Source: Minutocellus sp. GHC0000111 (taxonomy: Eukaryota). From it: 64,000 bases of DNA. The stretch covers positions 2,356,001 to 2,420,000 of the forward strand of contig OZ361261.1 of the NCBI GenBank assembly GCA_977018835.1, read 5' to 3'. The translations under genes and the position numbers were made by a program. Under the pieces are notes generated by a model, which saw only the letters and a program-made list of their open reading frames with translations, was not told where the DNA came from and ran no database searches. This document shows positions 61,501-64,000 of this stretch, one piece after another; position 1 is the first letter of the stretch; each line of letters starts with the position of its first letter.

Positions 61501-62901
61501 CGGATCAGATAGATTCTTGATGATACTGAGAAGGAGTTTGAGCTGTGAAATGGAACGGTTGGGGGAGGCGAATTGTGTGAGCAATGGAACTGGTTCAGGA
61601 ATTCAAAGCCCATAACGAAAAGGTAAGCTATGTATAAATCCCACTCACCCCATCTACCTTCTGTTCCATCGTGGCATTGGCCATATCATCGGTGGTCATC
61701 AGCTTCTCCAACGACCTCCCGTCATTGCCACCGCCGCTGCTGCTACTGCTGCAGGTGGTGCTACTGGGCGTGGGCATACTCTTGGCCTTGGTCGTATCAG
61801 ATTGTGGAGATGAACCAAGCGGCGATGGTTCGACATTGGCAGTGGTAGGAACGCCACTGGCCTTGATATCAGGCGTCTTTGGAGGGGAACGAGGCTGAGC
61901 GATGGCCAAATCATCATCATCCATCTTCTTCTCCTCTCCATCATTATCATCGCCGTTGCTTTGGGACGTCGCCAAAGGTCTGGCATGAGTGGAGCACTTT
62001 GCAATTGCATCCCCCATGCCAATATTGGGTTGCAAAGCGACCGTAGCAACAGTAGCGACCGTAGCGACTGCGTTATTGGATTTCATCACCTTCTGGGCTG
62101 CAGAATGTTGCTGGGCTTGCTGGGTTGTATCGTCACCCTTCTCCTCTTCCTCCTTGGTGTCCTTTGGGGGGAGGACAACGTGCGGGACGGAAAGTTGATC
62201 TGCAGGAGGTAGTAGCAGATTAGCGCTCCCGGTATTTGCTGTAGCAGATGAATCCTTGGAATCGACGATACTGCTGCTGACCTCCTCCTCCTCCTCCTCC
62301 TCCTGCGGATTATTCTCCTTGACCTGCTCGGACTGGTTGGTCTCGGTCGTCAAGACTTGCTTCTCCTCGGCTTCGGTAGCTGCATCCTCCTCCTCACCGC
62401 TCTTACTAGTCTCCATACTCGGCTTGATGGCAATGTCGGTCTTGTCGGGTTGGTCCTTGGCTTGGAGGCCATCTGTCAAATAAGTTATGTTTGGGTTTTG
62501 TTCCAAGTTCGAAGGTGAAAGCGTGGAGTTTACAAATGTAAATGAGATTGATTGTTCTTCTTGTTCAACAAATATGCAAGGCAAACGAACCAAACTCATT
62601 CTCTCTGGTGACAAATCAATCATTGGTGCACTCTGACTGCACGTTGGTAACAGCCAAACGCGGCTCCTCCTCTCATAGGCCTCCTTGGTCGTCGAGGTAT
62701 CTTCCGATGACACGCAAAAGCTCGGAGGCGGGCTGTGCCGATCGAACCAAACTTACCGGCTGCTTCTGTGGCTTGGGGGGCATCATCCTTGGTTTCCTTC
62801 ACATCGTGGGTACTATCTCGCTTCATATCGGGGGCCAGGGCGTCCAGGAGCACGGCCGCGGCTGCGCCGCCGTGCGAGACGTCGTCGGCTTTGCTTCCCA
62901 T
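58573..62901 (-). CDS. Large multi-exon protein with PUB-like domain and TPR-like helices; introns and frameshifts not fully resolved
   Basis: MGSKADDV start at 62901. LKLLLSIIKNL..P....H..I...VREYL...GF is PUB-like; IGKSYELQGDTPNAIETYEEALSL is TPR-like. Consecutive minus-strand ORFs. Confidence 0.5.
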
Positions 62902-63136
62902 GGTGTTGCGAGAAAATGACTTGGGCAAGAGGCTGAAACTGAAAAACGAAGAAGAAGAAGAGAAAAGGAAAAAAGATTCAAAAAGAAGACAAGGGAACGC
63001 CCATGGCGGAAACCGCCACGCACTGCCTCGCGTATCGGCGGTCGACACTTTGACTTAGCTACGCCTTGCCTACCGCGACCTACCGCCACACTTTGCAAGT
63101 CGCGCTGCCTATCGCGACGAGAATCACACGCTCACC

Positions 63137-64000
63137 ATGGCCTCATCAACTGATCGCACCGTGCGCTGGGCCATACTCGGCACCGGCAGCATCGCCACGG
63201 ACATGACGCAGATACTCAAACAGCTCCCTTCCACCGAGGTACTGGCGGTGGGCTCACGTACGCAAGCCTCGGCCGACCGATTTGCCGATCGGTGGTCCAT
63301 CCCCCGTCGCTACCCTTCCTACGAGGCGGCATGTGCCGATCCCGACGTTGATGTGGTGTACGTCGCGACGCCCTCGCTGCGTCATCCGGACGACTGCAAG
63401 CTGGCCCTGAACCACGGCAAGGCCGTCCTCTGCGAGAAGAGCATGGCTCCCAACGTCGATGCGGCGAGGGAGGTGCTGGAATTGGCCGCCTCCCGAAAGC
63501 AGCTGTTCGTCCACGGAGTTTGGTCGCGCTTCTTCCCCGCCATGCAGGAGATTCGCAAGATAATTGCCAGCGGGGACATCGGACAGGTCCGATCGGCGCG
63601 TGCGAGCTTCTGCCAGGACGACGGAGCCGGTTCCTGCTCGGCGCTGTTGGAGACGGGCATCTACTGTGCCCAGTTTTTGCAGTGGGTGCTCTCCGATCCG
63701 TCGGATGCGACTGGTGGCCATCCCATCGTGCGGGGTGCCACCCGACGGAACCATGCCGAGGCCACGCATCTAGATGAGCACGTGTCGGCATTGCTGGAAT
63801 TTCCCGGGGGGAAGATGGGCACCTTCGAATGCAGTCTGGCGCACTGCAGCGAACGATCGGCGGCAGTGTACTGCACTGGTGGGGTCATTGAGATCCCCTT
63901 TCCCTTTTGGTGTCCTACCAAGTTTCGCGTAACCAAGATGTCGGGTCAGGGTTCGCAGAATTGGGAGGAACCGGTGGTGACGGAGATTGCCCTGCCCGAG
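63137..64000 (+). CDS. Gfo/Idh/MocA family NAD(P)-dependent oxidoreductase (dihydrodiol/xylose dehydrogenase-like), runs off the window end
   Basis: Hand translation: MASSTDRTVRWAILGTGSIA...AVGSRT...DPDVDVVYVATP...GKAVLCEK...WSRFFPA. Not in the ORF track because it has no stop in the window. Confidence 0.88.
   Translation, partial: MASSTDRTVRWAILGTGSIATDMTQILKQLPSTEVLAVGSRTQASADRFADRWSIPRRYPSYEAACADPDVDVVYVATPSLRHPDDCKLALNHGKAVLCEKSMAPNVDAAREVLELAASRKQLFVHGVWSRFFPAMQEIRKIIASGDIGQVRSARASFCQDDGAGSCSALLETGIYCAQFLQWVLSDPSDATGGHPIVRGATRRNHAEATHLDEHVSALLEFPGGKMGTFECSLAHCSERSAAVYCTGGVIEIPFPFWCPTKFRVTKMSGQGSQNWEEPVVTEIALPE

Overview
Gene-dense eukaryotic nuclear DNA, most probably from a diatom or other photosynthetic stramenopile. 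This is inferred from the short GT-AG introns, the bipartite-targeted VDR and DUF819 proteins, and the MYND/Sel1 family genes. There are about 25 host genes, including Bdp1, VDR, a bacterial-type NERD nuclease-pseudokinase, a 2OG oxygenase, GT49, a carnitine acyltransferase, an ankyrin-RING protein, a TLC protein, two RING-Sel1-MYND paralogs, CK2 beta, an RBBP5-like protein, YnfA and a Gfo/Idh/MocA oxidoreductase. Many carry 1-nt frameshifts that look like assembly errors. There are two mobile elements: a 5.6-kb tyrosine-recombinase (Ngaro/DIRS-type) retrotransposon with split direct repeats (31834-37437), and a 762-bp MITE in a (TA)n tract (38493-39254). The most striking signal is in the retrotransposon core, which is almost stripped of TpA. 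Conserved Tyr codons there, including the RT YxDD Tyr and the recombinase catalytic Tyr, read His (CAC) or Cys (TGY). This points to a two-stranded TpA->CpA/TpG hypermutation, the reverse of fungal RIP. Also notable are a DUF819 gene fused to a truncated intron-containing tRNA-Tyr, and 4-bp periodic (TASS)n tracts in intergenic DNA.
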